Assembly (NCBI RefSeq): GCF_009914755.1
Contig: NC_060925.1
From: the human T2T-CHM13v2.0 reference genome, Homo sapiens
DNA length: 64,000 nucleotides
Strand: one strand, 5' to 3'
In this document: positions 46,781 to 64,000 of the stretch, one piece after another
Numbering within the stretch: the stretch's first letter is position 1
Layout of the letters: each line of letters starts with the position of its first letter
Notes under the pieces: generated by a model
Database searches by the model: none
What the model saw: only the letters and a program-made list of their open reading frames with translations
What the model was told of the DNA's origin: nothing
Position numbers and translations under genes: made by a program

Positions 46781-48074
46781 CTAGGAGAAAGGTCCACAGC
46801 AGAGAGAGTCACAGGGGCCGTGGGCCACGCGGCTCTGAGGCCATGACCTATTGGTATGGTCGCTCAGTGGACTCCCAGGGTAGGAGTTTGTCATCTCTGA
46901 CCCCAGAACCAAAACTGTGCCAGGTACAGAGTTGGTAGTCCATAAATGTTGGCTGAATAATCAGTAACAGCACCTTATATTTGTACAGCTCCTCACAGCA
47001 CAGCAAAGAAAGCAATTTCACATACGAGTAAACTCCACTTATCTGACTAACCAGATTAAATAACCTTCTCTGCTCCCTATACAAAACCAATGACTGATGC
47101 CATGGCAAGACTGAACACCGAAGGCCTGGAGTCCTGGCCGGCGGGCGGGGGGGGGGGTGCCCTGCCTGCTCAGCTCCCACTGTCCAGCTGCAGCATATCA
47201 GGGCTCCACTGTGTGTGTCCACAATCCTGCTGTTTGTTACTGGGATTACATGAGCTGATTGACTTATTACTGTCACTGATTAGATGAACATAAAAATAGA
47301 GAGAAATTTTCTTTGAAAACTAAGTTGGCTACTTTGGAAAGACTTAATAAAAGTCAATTTCTAAAAAAAAAAACAAAACGCTGTTAATTAGATGAGAGTA
47401 AATTAACGATAAAAGATCAAGGGATATGCGATCTAGGAAGTTTCTATATTCAGAATGGCTCGGCAAATATCTAAATTCTTCCTTTACTTTAAAGAAACCA
47501 ACACTGGAATCACAAAACAATGAAATAAGGGTGTGGTTGATGTAAAGTAGACAAAGGGGAGCTCTCATCAGCAGATCCATCTTCAAAAGAATAGGCCTGT
47601 CCTTCTATTAAAAGATTGGCAAAGGAATGCATATTTATAATACCTGCTTTAAATCTTAAGCAAAGCTGCTGAATTTATACTTAGGTAGTTTAAAACTATC
47701 TATGGAGTCAGATAAGAGCTTCAACCACACATCAGCTCATTGATTATCATGACAACAGCCTCACGCCCTGTATAATAGTGCAGGTGTTTTAACTCCAGTT
47801 CTTGGATGAAAAACTGAGGTTCAGAATTCATCAGATAGGGAATGGCAAAGTGAAGACAAGGAGGCCCACCTGCCCCGTGTGCTTTCCCAGGGAATGATTA
47901 ACCAAATGCAAAGTGAAATTTAAAAAGAAAAATAATCTAGGGAGATGGTTTGGCAAAGCTAATCATGAGAAACCAATAGCTTTTTGAGTAGATGCCAGTT
48001 GAGTGAGTGTTTGGCTGTTATCTCATTGATTCATCTAAGATTTTTGAAAATCGTTCATTACCTATACAGAATAG

Positions 48075-48423
<349 letters not shown>

Positions 48424-48706
48424 TAAAAGAAATAATTTGTGATCCTGCCACCCCAATCAACGAAGCTTTTTTCCTTCCTTCCTGGCCCCTCCCCGTAGTG
48501 TCCATGATAGACATGCCTCACTGGTACATCCCTGCTTCTGTCAGGAGCCCTGCATGGGTGCCACAAAATCTATACAATTTTGAATGGATGCTTGATAGTC
48601 TACCAACCTGAATATACCACATTCAACTCAAATGATCCCTACCATTCAGTATTTAGATAGTCTATTAAAATATATATGTATGCATGTGTGTGTATATATA
48701 CATATA

Positions 48707-48707
<1 letters not shown>

Positions 48708-48748
<41 letters not shown>
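48708..48748. repeat. (TG)20 microsatellite, read as (CA)20 in TMEM63A pre-mRNA
   Basis: Perfect TG run preceded by a degenerate TA/TG tract. Confidence 0.95.
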
Positions 48749-48751
<3 letters not shown>

Positions 48752-48913
48752 GCATTACTATAAGGACTTTGTAATAAATGTGGCCATGCCTGCTCAGGGC
48801 TTAAAAGCAAGGATGTGAGCTGAGCAACATGACCCACTGGTTTAGTTCCCCGCACACACCCCACTCCTGTCCCCACTCCTTCCCCACCCACCAAGCCCTC
48901 TTCTCACCAGCTA

Positions 48914-49171
<258 letters not shown>

Positions 49172-49307
49172 TCAGATTTAGGCAGACCAAGAGACTAGCC
49201 TGGGGGCAAGTTCTCTGCACTGACCTTCAACTACAGAAAGACCAAATCTTAGGTCCCCAAGAGCTCAGAGGGAACAATTATTCTCTCAGATGTGGCTCCC
49301 CAGCTAA

Positions 49308-49695
<388 letters not shown>

Positions 49696-50121
49696 CCCAG
49701 CGTGGCATTTCTTAGACACATCTGCAATGCTTTGTGACTAACGACACATTCTTCCCAACGGGGCTGTAGCTGGGGTACAGGAAGGAGGAAGGCAGGGACA
49801 AAGGAGTGAAGGCATAGCTTGCACCTGCCCTGGCCTCTCATCCCAAAGAACAGACCCACAAAGCAATCCTGAGTTTAGGAAGCCTTGTGAACCAAAGAGC
49901 AAAACTGTCAGAGGCAGAACTAGAACCGAGCAGAGGGGAGCACTTCAAGCTCATTCTGTGCAAGGAGCTGAGGCAGGGCTGGACAGGCAGCTGCGCTGGG
50001 GCTTGCGCTGGGTGCCCTTACCCTCAGCACAGCACTGGAGGCTCACCAGGGCCCCCATGGACACAGCTCAGCTCCCCAGCACGGCCCCAGGCTGACACTG
50101 GACCTAAGTAAGGCTGCACAA

Positions 50122-50403
50122 GCTGCATGCGGCTACTGAGCATTTTAAATGTGGCTGGTGTGAATTGAGAGGTGCTAGAAGTGTAAAATACACACCAGAT
50201 ATTGAAGACTAAGTGTGAAAAAGAGAATGTAAAACATCTCACATTTTTCAAAAATTGCATGTTGAAATAACAGTTTGGATATATTGGGCGAGATACATTA
50301 TTAAAATTAATTTCAACTGTTTCTTTTTACTTTTTTAGCATGGCTATTAGGAAATTTAAAATTAGATGCAGAACTGGCATTATATTTCTGCTGGGTAGCA
50401 CTT
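50122..50403. mobile_element. MER33-like hAT-Charlie element
   Basis: aagtgtaaaatacacaccag...attattaaaattaatttcaactgtttctttttactttttt...cattatatttct. Confidence 0.75.
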
Positions 50404-50610
50404 GAATGCTAGGGAGGAACACTGGAGGGAAGGGCTGGGCAGATACCCCAGTTGGGCCACACCGAGCACATCACAGCATCACAGCCCACAGAATTGCAGA
50501 TGTGTGGAGATCTCCATTGACTGCCAGGTCACACCTGTGCTCCAGGTGATGGGCAGCTCCCACCAGGAACCCAGGCCTCTCTCCCACCTCTCCTTGGTCT
50601 AGGAGCTTAC

Positions 50611-50748
50611 CAGCAGATGTCCTCAGGGTCAGCAGCAAAGGTGACTGTCCACTTGGAGGTATAGAGCTCCCTGCTATGGGAGGACGGCTGGGGCTCACCT
50701 TTGCACTGAAGGCTCTGACACTTGCAGGCATTGAAATCTTTCAGGATG
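50611..50748 (-). CDS. TMEM63A: TMEM63A exon ([45 protein letters not shown])
   Basis: gcag|CATC ... GCTG|gtaagc; 138 nt; contains the OSCA-family A-x-P-x-D-I-x-W motif. Confidence 0.97.
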
Positions 50749-51935
50749 CTGCAAGGAAATGTAGCAACAGCCAGGCCCAGGCTACTCAGGTTACCAAGCA
50801 CACATGTGGCAAGTGGGGACTGAGTAGGAGTGGGAGGCAGTGGCATAGGACCTTTGCTTTGTTGTGATTAGTGTATTATGAGTAACGCTATGTAAGAGGT
50901 GCCACGCTAGCACAGTGTGTGGAGAATTTTGTTTAATCCTCGCAACCACCAGCAACAAAGGGAGTACGATTCCCATTTTACAGATAAGGAAACTGAGGGC
51001 AACACACTGCTCTTCCATAGGGCCATCCCCCTCCACCCTGCCTGTTAAGCTGGAGCTCTGATCAGTGCTACTGCCAGGCCAGTGGCTCAACTTTTCATTC
51101 TGTCACTTTTTCCCCAGGCCCAAGTGTAGCAATAGACCACGTTACACATTGCCTGTTCCCAAGCTTCCCTCCTCAGGGCTCCCACCTCGACCCTCACCAT
51201 CTCAACAGGTCACAGCTTTTCCTCCTTTAACCTCCCGTAAGGAGCCCAGCAGCCCCTCTACTCCTGCCTCAGATGCCTTCCCCTTTCCTCCTGCCCCAGT
51301 GTCTGCAAGGAGGCAGGAAGTCCTGTGTGAGTCCATTCCTAGTGTCACAATGCCTGGGGCAGTGGCTGGACACCTTTCCACACCCCTCTCCCGACCCACC
51401 CTGTGCTGCTCCTAAGGCGAGATGACACTGAGACCACAGGCATGAGAGCCTAGAGTCCCATGCCAAGGGCCACTGTGAAAAGCCACTCCCCAGGGTCAAG
51501 CTCCCCACTGCAGTGAGCGCCCCAGCGTGCCCCAGGGGTCTTCCCCACAGCTTTGCATTTGTGGGAAGGTGGGGAGCCACAGACAGAAGGATCTGTGGCC
51601 CAGAGCAGATGTCTGAAAGGAGGGTGCCTCCATCTCCCCTGGGGCAAGGCTGGCACATGAAGCCAACAGGATGGGTCCAGGGCAGCAGGGAAGAGCCCGG
51701 CAGTGGGGCCAGGCCACATCAGCTCGAGGGGGTCAGCCAGAATCACCCACTCCGTGGCTGCTGCCCACACCCCCACCGCCTGTTACACAAACATGGGCTG
51801 GGCTGGCTGAAAGTGAGTGTGGGTAGCTGAGGGAGGAGAAGGAAACACCACAGATAAATCCCAGGGATGGTGGGTCAGCAGTACCATCTCCACTCGAGAG
51901 GGACAGTGAGTTATCTGGAGGGGAACAGGGAGTCA

Positions 51936-52358
<423 letters not shown>

Positions 52359-52520
52359 TCAGATTTAGAATCCTGTGGCAGGGACCCCCATACCCACAGT
52401 TCAACCATCGAACGCCAGGGGAGAAGGAGGGGTCCAGGGCCTCCCGCCTCCCTTCCTAGCTGGGAGATGCGAGGCCAGCAAGGAAGGAGGGGGCATCTTG
52501 CAAGGCCCGCCCACCACTCA

Positions 52521-53690
<1,170 letters not shown>

Positions 53691-54556
53691 CCAGCAAAAT
53701 ACATACTCACTATTGACCAGGTATTGTTACATATATTTATTTATTTAATCCTCATCATAACCTGTGAGGTTTTGTCCCCATTTTACAGATGAGTAAACTG
53801 AGGCCGACAGAGGTAAGTGGCTTGTGCCCAAGATCACACAGCTAGTGAGTGTCTGAGCCAGGAGGTGAATACAGGCAACCTGGCTCCAAGGTCAATGCTC
53901 ATGGCCACCATGCAATACCCCCTCACCATACACGCAAAATTATACATACAATTCCAGGGGATTCCAGAACCATGTAAATCCCCACCTACCACCTGCCAGG
54001 CACTGTTCTAGGTGCTGGTAACAGGGCCTGGATGTGCTTACATTTTAGTGAGAGAGACAGCCCATAGGTATATCAATCATGAAATTAAACAGTAGGACAA
54101 TTTCTGGTCTCAATAAGAGCTGTGAGGAAGAAAACTGCAATTTAAGCATCCCTGCTTGAAAGGCAAATTCATACATCAATCCCCACGGACTGCAACAGCA
54201 TTCACTAAAAAGGCCTCTTAAAATAGGGGAAAGCATGAGTCATGCAATGTTTGTATGAGAATGAGGAGACTTTTTTTTTCTCTTTAAAGTTATACATTAA
54301 GTGGAATTACTGTTTCCAGGTGTTGCCTAGCAGGCAACTTTGAGGAGTTGCTTCAAGGAAATACAGAAAAATGATTCTGGTATTGAGTATTTACATATTA
54401 GTAAATATTTCTAAAATACTTAGAGTTTCTGAAGAAGTTTTTCAAATTTTAAACATTCAGTTTACGATCCTGTCTAGCAATTTGCTTAGCAAGTGCTTTC
54501 TTCACAAATAGTGCAAAGTTAAAGTGCAGCCAACTCCTAGTCCATGCAACAAATTA

Positions 54557-54892
<336 letters not shown>

Positions 54893-55644
54893 GGAATGAA
54901 GAAAGAATAAAATGTCAGCTCCTCAGCCCAGCCTTCAGGTCCTCCAGCATGGGGTCCTGGGAGCCTTCCCGGACTGCTTGCCCTGCCCCCCTGCACCCCA
55001 CCGCCACCTTTCCTGATGCTCTGGGCCTTTCCCCGCATCCCTGGCTGCACACGTAATCTCCTCACAGGAAAGACTTTCCTCCAGCCTCCATCTGCAGGAA
55101 TTGGTGGTGCAGATACTCAAAGGGAGCCGCTGGAAAGGAGGTTCTACCAGGGAGAGCCTGGACTCAGACACAGTGCTCACTCAACAGACACCCGCTCAGT
55201 GGGTGGACAAACGAACAAACGCAGAGATGGCCCCGAGGTCCTTCCACCTGTGAGACCCTAGCCCTGTGGGTCCATACAAATGCTCAGCTCACGTCTCTCT
55301 TATTCTGCAAAGGTGATGCTAAGAACCCCGGGGTCAACAATTTTTTCCCCCGTATGCTCTCAAGACGTTTATTCGCACCTACACCCTGGTCTGTGCTCTG
55401 GACACTGTGCACAGGCTGCTTGAAGAGGATAGGCCACCAGGGCGCTATTCACTGCACAGCACCAGCAGGGCTGGCACACAGGAGCCACTCCATACACGTG
55501 TGGCAGGGCCAGGTCCTTCTCAGATCTCACCTGGATACCCAAGCGAGAGACAGAAGGCGCTCACCTAAGGTGCTCGCCCTGCGGGTGGGGCTGTGTTGGT
55601 CCTACGTGGAGGGGGCTCAGCTCCCCTCCCACCCCACCTGCTTA

Positions 55645-55773
<129 letters not shown>

Positions 55774-56103
55774 TCAGGTTTCCTACCCAACTCCAGCCTC
55801 TGGAAAGTAAACAACAGGAAATCAGAAGGCTCCAGTTTTCTCCTTCTGTGGCCGGGGGAGCCCCCAAAGCATGTCATTTACACAGCGTCTTCTTCCAGGC
55901 TGTACAAAGAATCCACTTCCAAAGCAACTCTATGAGCCTTCTTTGCATGGCAGGAGACTGAGAAAGAGGGGAAGTGACTCAAATGCGGTCACACAGCAGA
56001 TCAGAGGAGGACCCAGGCCTGGAACCAAGCCACAGAAGCTCCCCTCCCCTGTGAAGCTGTGGGCGGCAAAGAGAAAGGGCTGCTCTCAACCCAAATTTCT
56101 TTA

Positions 56104-56541
<438 letters not shown>

Positions 56542-56860
56542 TCACTGCAAGAGATGCCTCCCACAGAGGTTGTGTGGCCAGCACCCCTCAGCCCACAGTG
56601 AATACTTCAGAGGGGTCCCCATCCCTGTCCTGACAAATGAACTCCAGATCCACAGGACCCTCCGTGTTTCTTAAAACCCTGGCAAAACAGTGTCTGCCTG
56701 TGGCATGTTCATGCCCACAGCTCAACAACACACTAGCTGCAAGGGGCCTTCAGATACCAGCCGGCCCCCTTTGGAGTACCTCTGGCCTGCCCCGGGCTCC
56801 TGACCTGCCTTCTCCTTGATCTCACCCATCAGCACCTATCCCCACGGGCTCCATACTCAC

Positions 56861-56912
56861 TCAGTCTGTAGGTTTGCTATTGTTGTCCTCCCAAAACTAT
56901 ACGGGTCTTTGT
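56861..56912 (-). CDS. TMEM63A: TMEM63A exon (KDPYSFGRTTIANLQT)
   Basis: gcag|ACAAA ... CTGA|gtgagt; 52 nt. Confidence 0.96.
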
Positions 56913-57583
56913 CTGCAGAGAAGCACAGATACTTAGTTCCAGGGTCATGTGGGGAAGCAGGAGGGGGCGTAACCAATCAGCCTTGGTTTGTGGAGCTCTG
57001 GGGAGGAGGAGCATGTCTGGACCAGCAGGAAGACAACGTCTGACTGGTCTTTCCAGAGCTACACCATCAAGGCCTCTGCTTGAAACCAAAATGCTCCCTG
57101 ATAACTTCTCAACCTTCCATTGCAGGTAAAGGCATAATGTGAATTCATTTTGTTTTGAGAAAACTAAAAACATCCTATGTTGTTACAAAACCAACGTTGG
57201 GAACCACTGGGTATCCTAAGTGGATTCATGGTGGCATTTTGGAAGGTGGATTCTTGCAGTTGCCCTTAGATATAATGCCACACCCTGATTTTAATTAAGT
57301 ATCATGGATATCTTCTGGGTCCATTAATTGTGACCTCCTAATTTGGGTGAGGGCAGGAAAGTATAAAAGACTCTCTGATAGCCCCTGATTCTGTAAATCT
57401 TGGGGGGCTTTTTTCCCTATTTAAATAGAACCAGACATTGATATTGGGGCCCCAGTTTTAGCCTAGGTTTGCTCCAGATCTTTAATCAGATAGAAATGTT
57501 CAGAGTCACCCTGAGACCATCTTACATCTGAAGTGGGGCATGACTCCTGGGGTTCTGGTCTACCACAGTGAGCCCTTTCCCTA

Positions 57584-57850
<267 letters not shown>

Positions 57851-58141
57851 TCATCCTCACCACACTCTTATGAGATGGTTCGATCGCTATCCCCACATTT
57901 TTGTTCACATATGAGGAAATAAAGGCACAGGAAATTTGCATAACTTTCAGGATCTCACATGATATAAATTCCAGAGCCCGTCTTAGCCCCTGTACCATAC
58001 TCGAGGTAAAGGAATACCAGCACTCCATCTGATGTTGCTAGAAACATTTGTGCCCAAGTTACGTGTGTGGGAAAGGTACGTAAATACAGTCATCTCACAG
58101 CCCTGTCCTGCTTCTAAGAAATCACATTCAGAATAAAGTTA

Positions 58142-58455
<314 letters not shown>

Positions 58456-59363
58456 GAATAAAGTTGGGAATATGCCCAGGCCCCAGGCCCCCACCTGTTT
58501 CCTGTCTCCCCCTCAGGTGGAGACCTGAGGTGGAGCCAAGAGTCCCAGTCCATCCTACCACCCTGGCCTCCTCCCTGTGTCCCCAGAGATGGGGAGGTGA
58601 CTTGCTCCACCCTTTCCCACCCTTGGAGTGCTACACTTGGAGGCTCTGGGTCCACTGGGGACTCAGAAAATTCCAGGTTCACACAAGCCAGACTTCTGTG
58701 CTACAGAGGGAGAAGGGGCAGGGCACTCTGCTCTTTCCCACTCCCTGAAGGCGCTACTTCTAGGCTGGGAAAGCAGTGCTTTGGGAAGAGCTCAGGGGGG
58801 CAAGGGCTGCATCATAAAAAGGCAGATGTGAAAGATGTCAGCGTGGGCTTTGCAGTCAGACCACAGTGTAATCCAGCGCAGCGGCCTCCACCTGAGGGCA
58901 GGTCATGGAGCTTACCCGCCTCTGACCTCGAGCAAGGAAACTGCCCACTGCCTACCTCATCGGCTTAGCAGGGGCTCAAGAGATAATAAGCATCAAACAC
59001 CTAGTCCTGTACGTGGTATCAGCAGATGCTCAGAAATATGCCTGTTCATATGAGTCCTGATTACTATTTATCTAGAGGACAAAGCTTTGCAATTAACTAC
59101 ATTGTTCTCATTTCTAAATAAACTAACTCGCCTCCTGCTTCCTCCTGTTCCAGACCAGAGTTGACTGTCTCCCATGGGGCTCTGTCTCCTGCCAGTTCCC
59201 CTGGGAACAACTCCTACCAAACCGAACATTTACAACATGCTCTCACATGTATTCATTCCTTTGAATTAGGCTGAGCATATGTTATCCTCAGCCTCCTTTT
59301 ACAGTTGGGAAAACTGAGGCCCAGAACATTTCATCCTTATAACCACCATATTTCATTATATAA

Positions 59364-60187
<824 letters not shown>

Positions 60188-60832
60188 TCACATCAGTCCC
60201 CGCCCCCCCCGCCTCCTGGCTCCCTACACCACATGAGAGGTAACTAACTGGCTCTTAATCACCTTTAATAATCTTTTAGCTTTCTCTCCATGGGCCCCAT
60301 TGAAAAAAAGAAAACTTGTAACCAAATGAATTGAATGTATTATATTTCTTCACTTTTCACTAATTCAAAGACATGCAAACCTGCCTAGGAGAGCGTCCAT
60401 TGACATCTAATTGGTGTTAAATATTAAGTTGAATAATTAAAGCAAAAAAATAGCTTTAATTAGTTTGTGCAGTATTATGAGAGATGAACATATGATTTCC
60501 ACTGAATATGTTGAAATAAATAAAGTTCATCTCTATCTTCAAGAACTCTTGGGATCCAGCTCAATTTGGGAAGCCCCAGGCTCCAGCAGGGACTGTGTGC
60601 CCTCCAGCATGGAGGCTCCAATCCTACAGGCCTCCTTCCTCTGCCCCTGACCCCAGGGGCTGCCTGGTCACCTTGATTCTCAGCCCTCACATACTGCTTT
60701 GGACATTAACTAAAAAGTATCTAAGAGACACCATCTTAAGATCAAGCATCTTGGCTCTTGCCTCTTGACTGGCCAAACACCCAAAAAAACCAGCCCAAAG
60801 GCCCCCCAGCAGCTGCCCCCGGGTGTACTCAC

Positions 60833-60870
60833 TGCAGACGGAAGATGGCAGTCAGCCAGGGACAGCATCC
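60833..60870 (-). CDS. TMEM63A: TMEM63A exon (GCCPWLTAIFRL)
   Basis: ccag|GGA ... TGCA|gtgagt; 38 nt. Confidence 0.95.
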
Positions 60871-61743
60871 CTGGAAACGGAGAGAACAGGGATTAGCTTC
60901 CAACATTTGTGTCTTTGAGAGGCAGATGTAACCATTGTCTTTGACATTAAATAACCATTTAACCTCCTGTTGTATAAAAAACAGTGCTTTTATCCCATAT
61001 TCAGCAAGCATGAGCCCAGTACTTCACAATATACACCACATGCCTGGAACTCTTGCTAAAATCTCCTGACAACTTCGTGGTCAAATCACAAAACTTAGAT
61101 CAAAAGCTGATGAAAGCTCAGGGCAGCTCTGGGCAAAGTGATGTGGGCTGCTGTTTGATTGTTTACAATCACTGACCAAGAGGTGAGGCAAAAGAGAGGA
61201 AACAAGCCTAATGGATTGGACGGTCCGCTGGAGTGGGTGTTAGGGGGAAAGGGTGTCTGCAGGTTTTATTGTCCTTCACATCTCTTAAACTTAATACCCC
61301 TAAAGCTGGGCTGTTATCCAGCTAGGAAAGACAAATATTTGTTCAATAATTCATTCAACAATGACTAAACACCTACTATGCATCAGGCGCTGGGAAACAG
61401 GGCTGGAGAGGGCAGGGCTCCTGCCCACATCTGGCTCATAATCCAGCCAGCAAGTCCATAATTAACTGTCATACAAAGCCATAGGTGTAAGAGAGAGAAG
61501 TGCTGGGGAAGCCCAAGGGATTCCGTACCCCTTCCTGCCTGCAAATTCATCCAGTCTCAAGGTCCCGGGTCATCCAGCTGCCATCCCTCCTGTGGTATTT
61601 CCCAAGTTCAGGTGCCTTCGTCGATGCAGAAAAGCACTTTCTCCAGCACTTGCCGCTCAAGATCCGCCCTGCTCCCTCCCCAAAACCATGACTGCCAGTC
61701 CCCACCCCCTGGCCATGACCACAACTGGGCCTTAGATACCAAC

Positions 61744-61810
61744 CAGCTCATTTTCAAAGTCTTGTTGACCTGAGGAGGAAGTCGATGACAATCTCTGAAA
61801 TCTGGACTCG
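61744..61810 (-). CDS. TMEM63A: TMEM63A exon (ESRFQRLSSTSSSGQQDFENEL); most 5' exon seen, N-terminal ~88 codons lie beyond the window
   Basis: ctag|CGAG ... CTG|gttggt; 67 nt; in frame with the next exon. Confidence 0.93.
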
Positions 61811-62154
61811 CTAGAGACACAAAAAGAAAAAAAATGACAGATAATTCTTAGAAAAAAAAAAAAGCCAAACAAGTCAAAAAGATCACATCCAGTATTTTGC
61901 TGCCTCTTGGAGCTCAGAACCAAAGCTACCAGCCCTCGATGGCTGGGACAAAATATAACTCACTCTGTGAAAGATAGAGACAAGGACAATGACCATTCCC
62001 AGGCATGGTATAAAACTCTATGTTATACGGGATGAATAGCAAGGGGTCAACACCCAGAAACCACACCACTGTGACTCGTCTAGCTAAACTGACTTCAAAG
62101 TGTTGCCTATTTATAGCATATTTCCCTATATTATCAAATAAAACTTGGAATAAA

Positions 62155-62335
62155 TACTACATTTTATCAAATCTAAGATACCACTGGTTGTAATTTGCAC
62201 AATTATTTTATGAAACACTAAAGAAAAAATGCTGCCAAATAAACTATGACCACCCATCAATAACAAGATGCCTTCCAATTTCAGAGATGAGAAAATGTCA
62301 AAACATATGTTTTAGAGTGGACAAATGATGGCACT
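62155..62335. mobile_element. Probable Tigger-like MITE (same TIR type as ~59365-60170)
   Basis: tactacattttatcaaatctaagatacc...ccaatttcagagatg...ttttagagtggacaaatgatgg. Confidence 0.45.
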
Positions 62336-62438
62336 TTATATTGTGGCATTTTAATCAGATCCTTTCTTGCGAGTACCCCCATAAAAACACCCCATGCGCT
62401 ATAAATCTGAGGTGTTTGCAATACGTATATGTGACTGC

Positions 62439-62748
62439 TTTTCTTCTTTTTTTTTTTTTTTTTTTTTGAGACAGAGTCTGGCTCTGTCACCCAAGCTGGA
62501 AGTGCAGTGGGGTGATCTTGGCTCACTGCAAGCTCTGCCACCCGGGTTCAAGCAATTCTCTGCCTCAGTCTCCCGAGTAGCTGGGCTTACAGGCACCCGC
62601 CACCATGCCTGGCTAATTTTTGTATTTTTAATAGAGATGGGGTTTCATCATCTTGGCCAGGCTGGTCTTGAACTCCTGACCTCATGATCCACCCCCGCCT
62701 CGGCCTCCCAAAGTGCTGGGATTATAGGTGTGAGCCAACATGCCTGGC
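62439..62748 (-). mobile_element. AluS
   Basis: Reverse-complement Alu dimer; TSD tgtgact(g/c)ctttt. Confidence 0.9.
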
Positions 62749-63924
62749 TGTGACTCCTTTTCTCTAGTCTCCTATTCCTGGTTCTACTGCCCCCCTACTA
62801 AAGACAAAACACATGACGAAACTTAACTTTAAAAGCCTTTGCAGAGACACTGTCCCTTTTGACCTTCACCGTGACCTCATGGGGAAGAGAGGACAGAAGG
62901 AGACCGACCCTATTAAGTTTGGGGCCTTGACCAAGGTCGCACAGCCAGGGATACAGCAGGGCCCTCTGATCCCCAGGTGGTCTTTTCAACCAGAGTACAT
63001 GGCCCCACTTCCAGCTGAATGTGCCGTAAAGGCATCAGATGTCCCAAAAGTTTCTCTCCAACAGTCCAAGGTCATCATCACCTCAGGCTTTAGCAAATCC
63101 CAGAGCAGGGATCACGGGGAAGGATGGTGCATTTTCAGGTACACCTCCTCTTCCCAGTTCAAAGGACCCTGCCGCACAGGCCACATGTCAGGAGGCGCCC
63201 GAGAGTGGAGGGTCTGCCAGAGCCCCTCTGGGGCTCTGGGTGGCAGCTGGGGCCAGTCCCTGAGTTTTCATCACTCACTTCCTATTACCACATCTGACAC
63301 AAGATCCTGGGTGCAAACAGCCAGCTGGAGCTGGAACGTCAGGTTGTGCAGATCCAGAATTCACTGTCACCCTTCAGGCGACATGAACAGAGAATCCTGG
63401 AGCCCCACGCAGAACTGGAAGGACCTGAAGCCTGGCCGAGGGAGCCTGTGCTTTGTAACAGACTCATCCAAACCCGGCGCTGACCTGGCAGGAGGGTGGG
63501 GCAGTTCCCTGATGGCTCTGCTGCCCTTGATCCTCACTCAGCCCTGGCCCCAAGCTAATTAATTTCAAAGATGATCACTTAAAAATACTCAAGGTGAGAA
63601 AGAAAATGGGCATCCTCTTCAGAGGATGACGAAAGCCCTCAGTATCTAAAGCAACCAGTCTGAAGCCAACAAGGTTCATAGCCTTGGCCCAACAGAAGCC
63701 CTGAGGGAGCTGAGCATCTGAGCCTGGGTTTTTGTTTTTGTTTTTTGTTTTGTGAGCACAATGAGGGTAGCGAGGCTGACCTCATGGGTCTGTGGTGAAG
63801 AGCAAAGAGAACAGCTATTGGTACAGGCCAGGTAGATACACTTAATGAACACAATCTCATAGCAGTGTCATGTGTGGGTCCTGCCCACATGGAGGGCTTC
63901 ATAAGCCCCTAGCCCATTCCAGGG

Positions 63925-64000
63925 ACACACACACACACACTATACACACATATATGCACACACGCACATATACACACTCACGCACATATACACACTCACA
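63925..64000. repeat. Degenerate (CA)n/(TA)n microsatellite running off the window
   Basis: acacacacacacac...cacgcacatatacacactca repeated. Confidence 0.85.

Noticed and set aside
47290-47720. AT-rich island in a GC-rich intron, possibly a DNA-transposon remnant or foreign insert
   Set aside because: I could not identify TIRs, a TSD or coding similarity by eye.
54233-54245. gcatgagtcatgc near-palindrome, and the AP-1 site at 3217-3223, as further AREs
   Set aside because: AP-1 heptamers without the correctly spaced GC; expected by chance in 64 kb.
62813-63562. Longest ORF in the track (249 aa, + strand)
   Set aside because: Antisense within a TMEM63A intron, with no recognisable domain, S/G/P-rich composition typical of chance GC-rich ORFs, and no promoter or splice support.

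Overview
Human genomic DNA from the EPHX1-TMEM63A locus (1q42.12), recognised from the encoded proteins. The + strand carries the whole EPHX1 gene (microsomal epoxide hydrolase). Its 8 coding exons (18496-35120) splice in frame to 455 aa with catalytic D226/E404/H431 and Y299/Y374, and there are alternative non-coding first exons at ~1-115, ~300-561 and ~15285-15310. The - strand carries the 3' part of TMEM63A (OSCA/TMEM63 mechanosensitive channel): 20 coding exons (61810 to 36813), a 3'-UTR intron and a terminal exon ending tail-to-tail with EPHX1 near 35.3 kb. The rest is intron, rich in Alu, L1, L2, MIR and MER elements, with two solo ERV LTRs (LTR7/HERV-H and LTR22/HML-5), both with intact TSDs. 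I found no new protein-coding system; nearly all of the ORF track is noise. Best leads: (1) a ~280-bp non-Alu inverted duplication upstream of the liver first exon, whose mismatches are skewed toward G-U wobble on the EPHX1-sense RNA; (2) an antisense LTR7 that supplies a splice donor and a uAUG for a uORF-bearing EPHX1 leader; (3) interlocked non-canonical poly(A) signals shared by the two convergent genes; (4) a 5'-inverted, twin-primed-looking Alu. Repeat family names and boundaries are by eye, from remembered consensus sequences.
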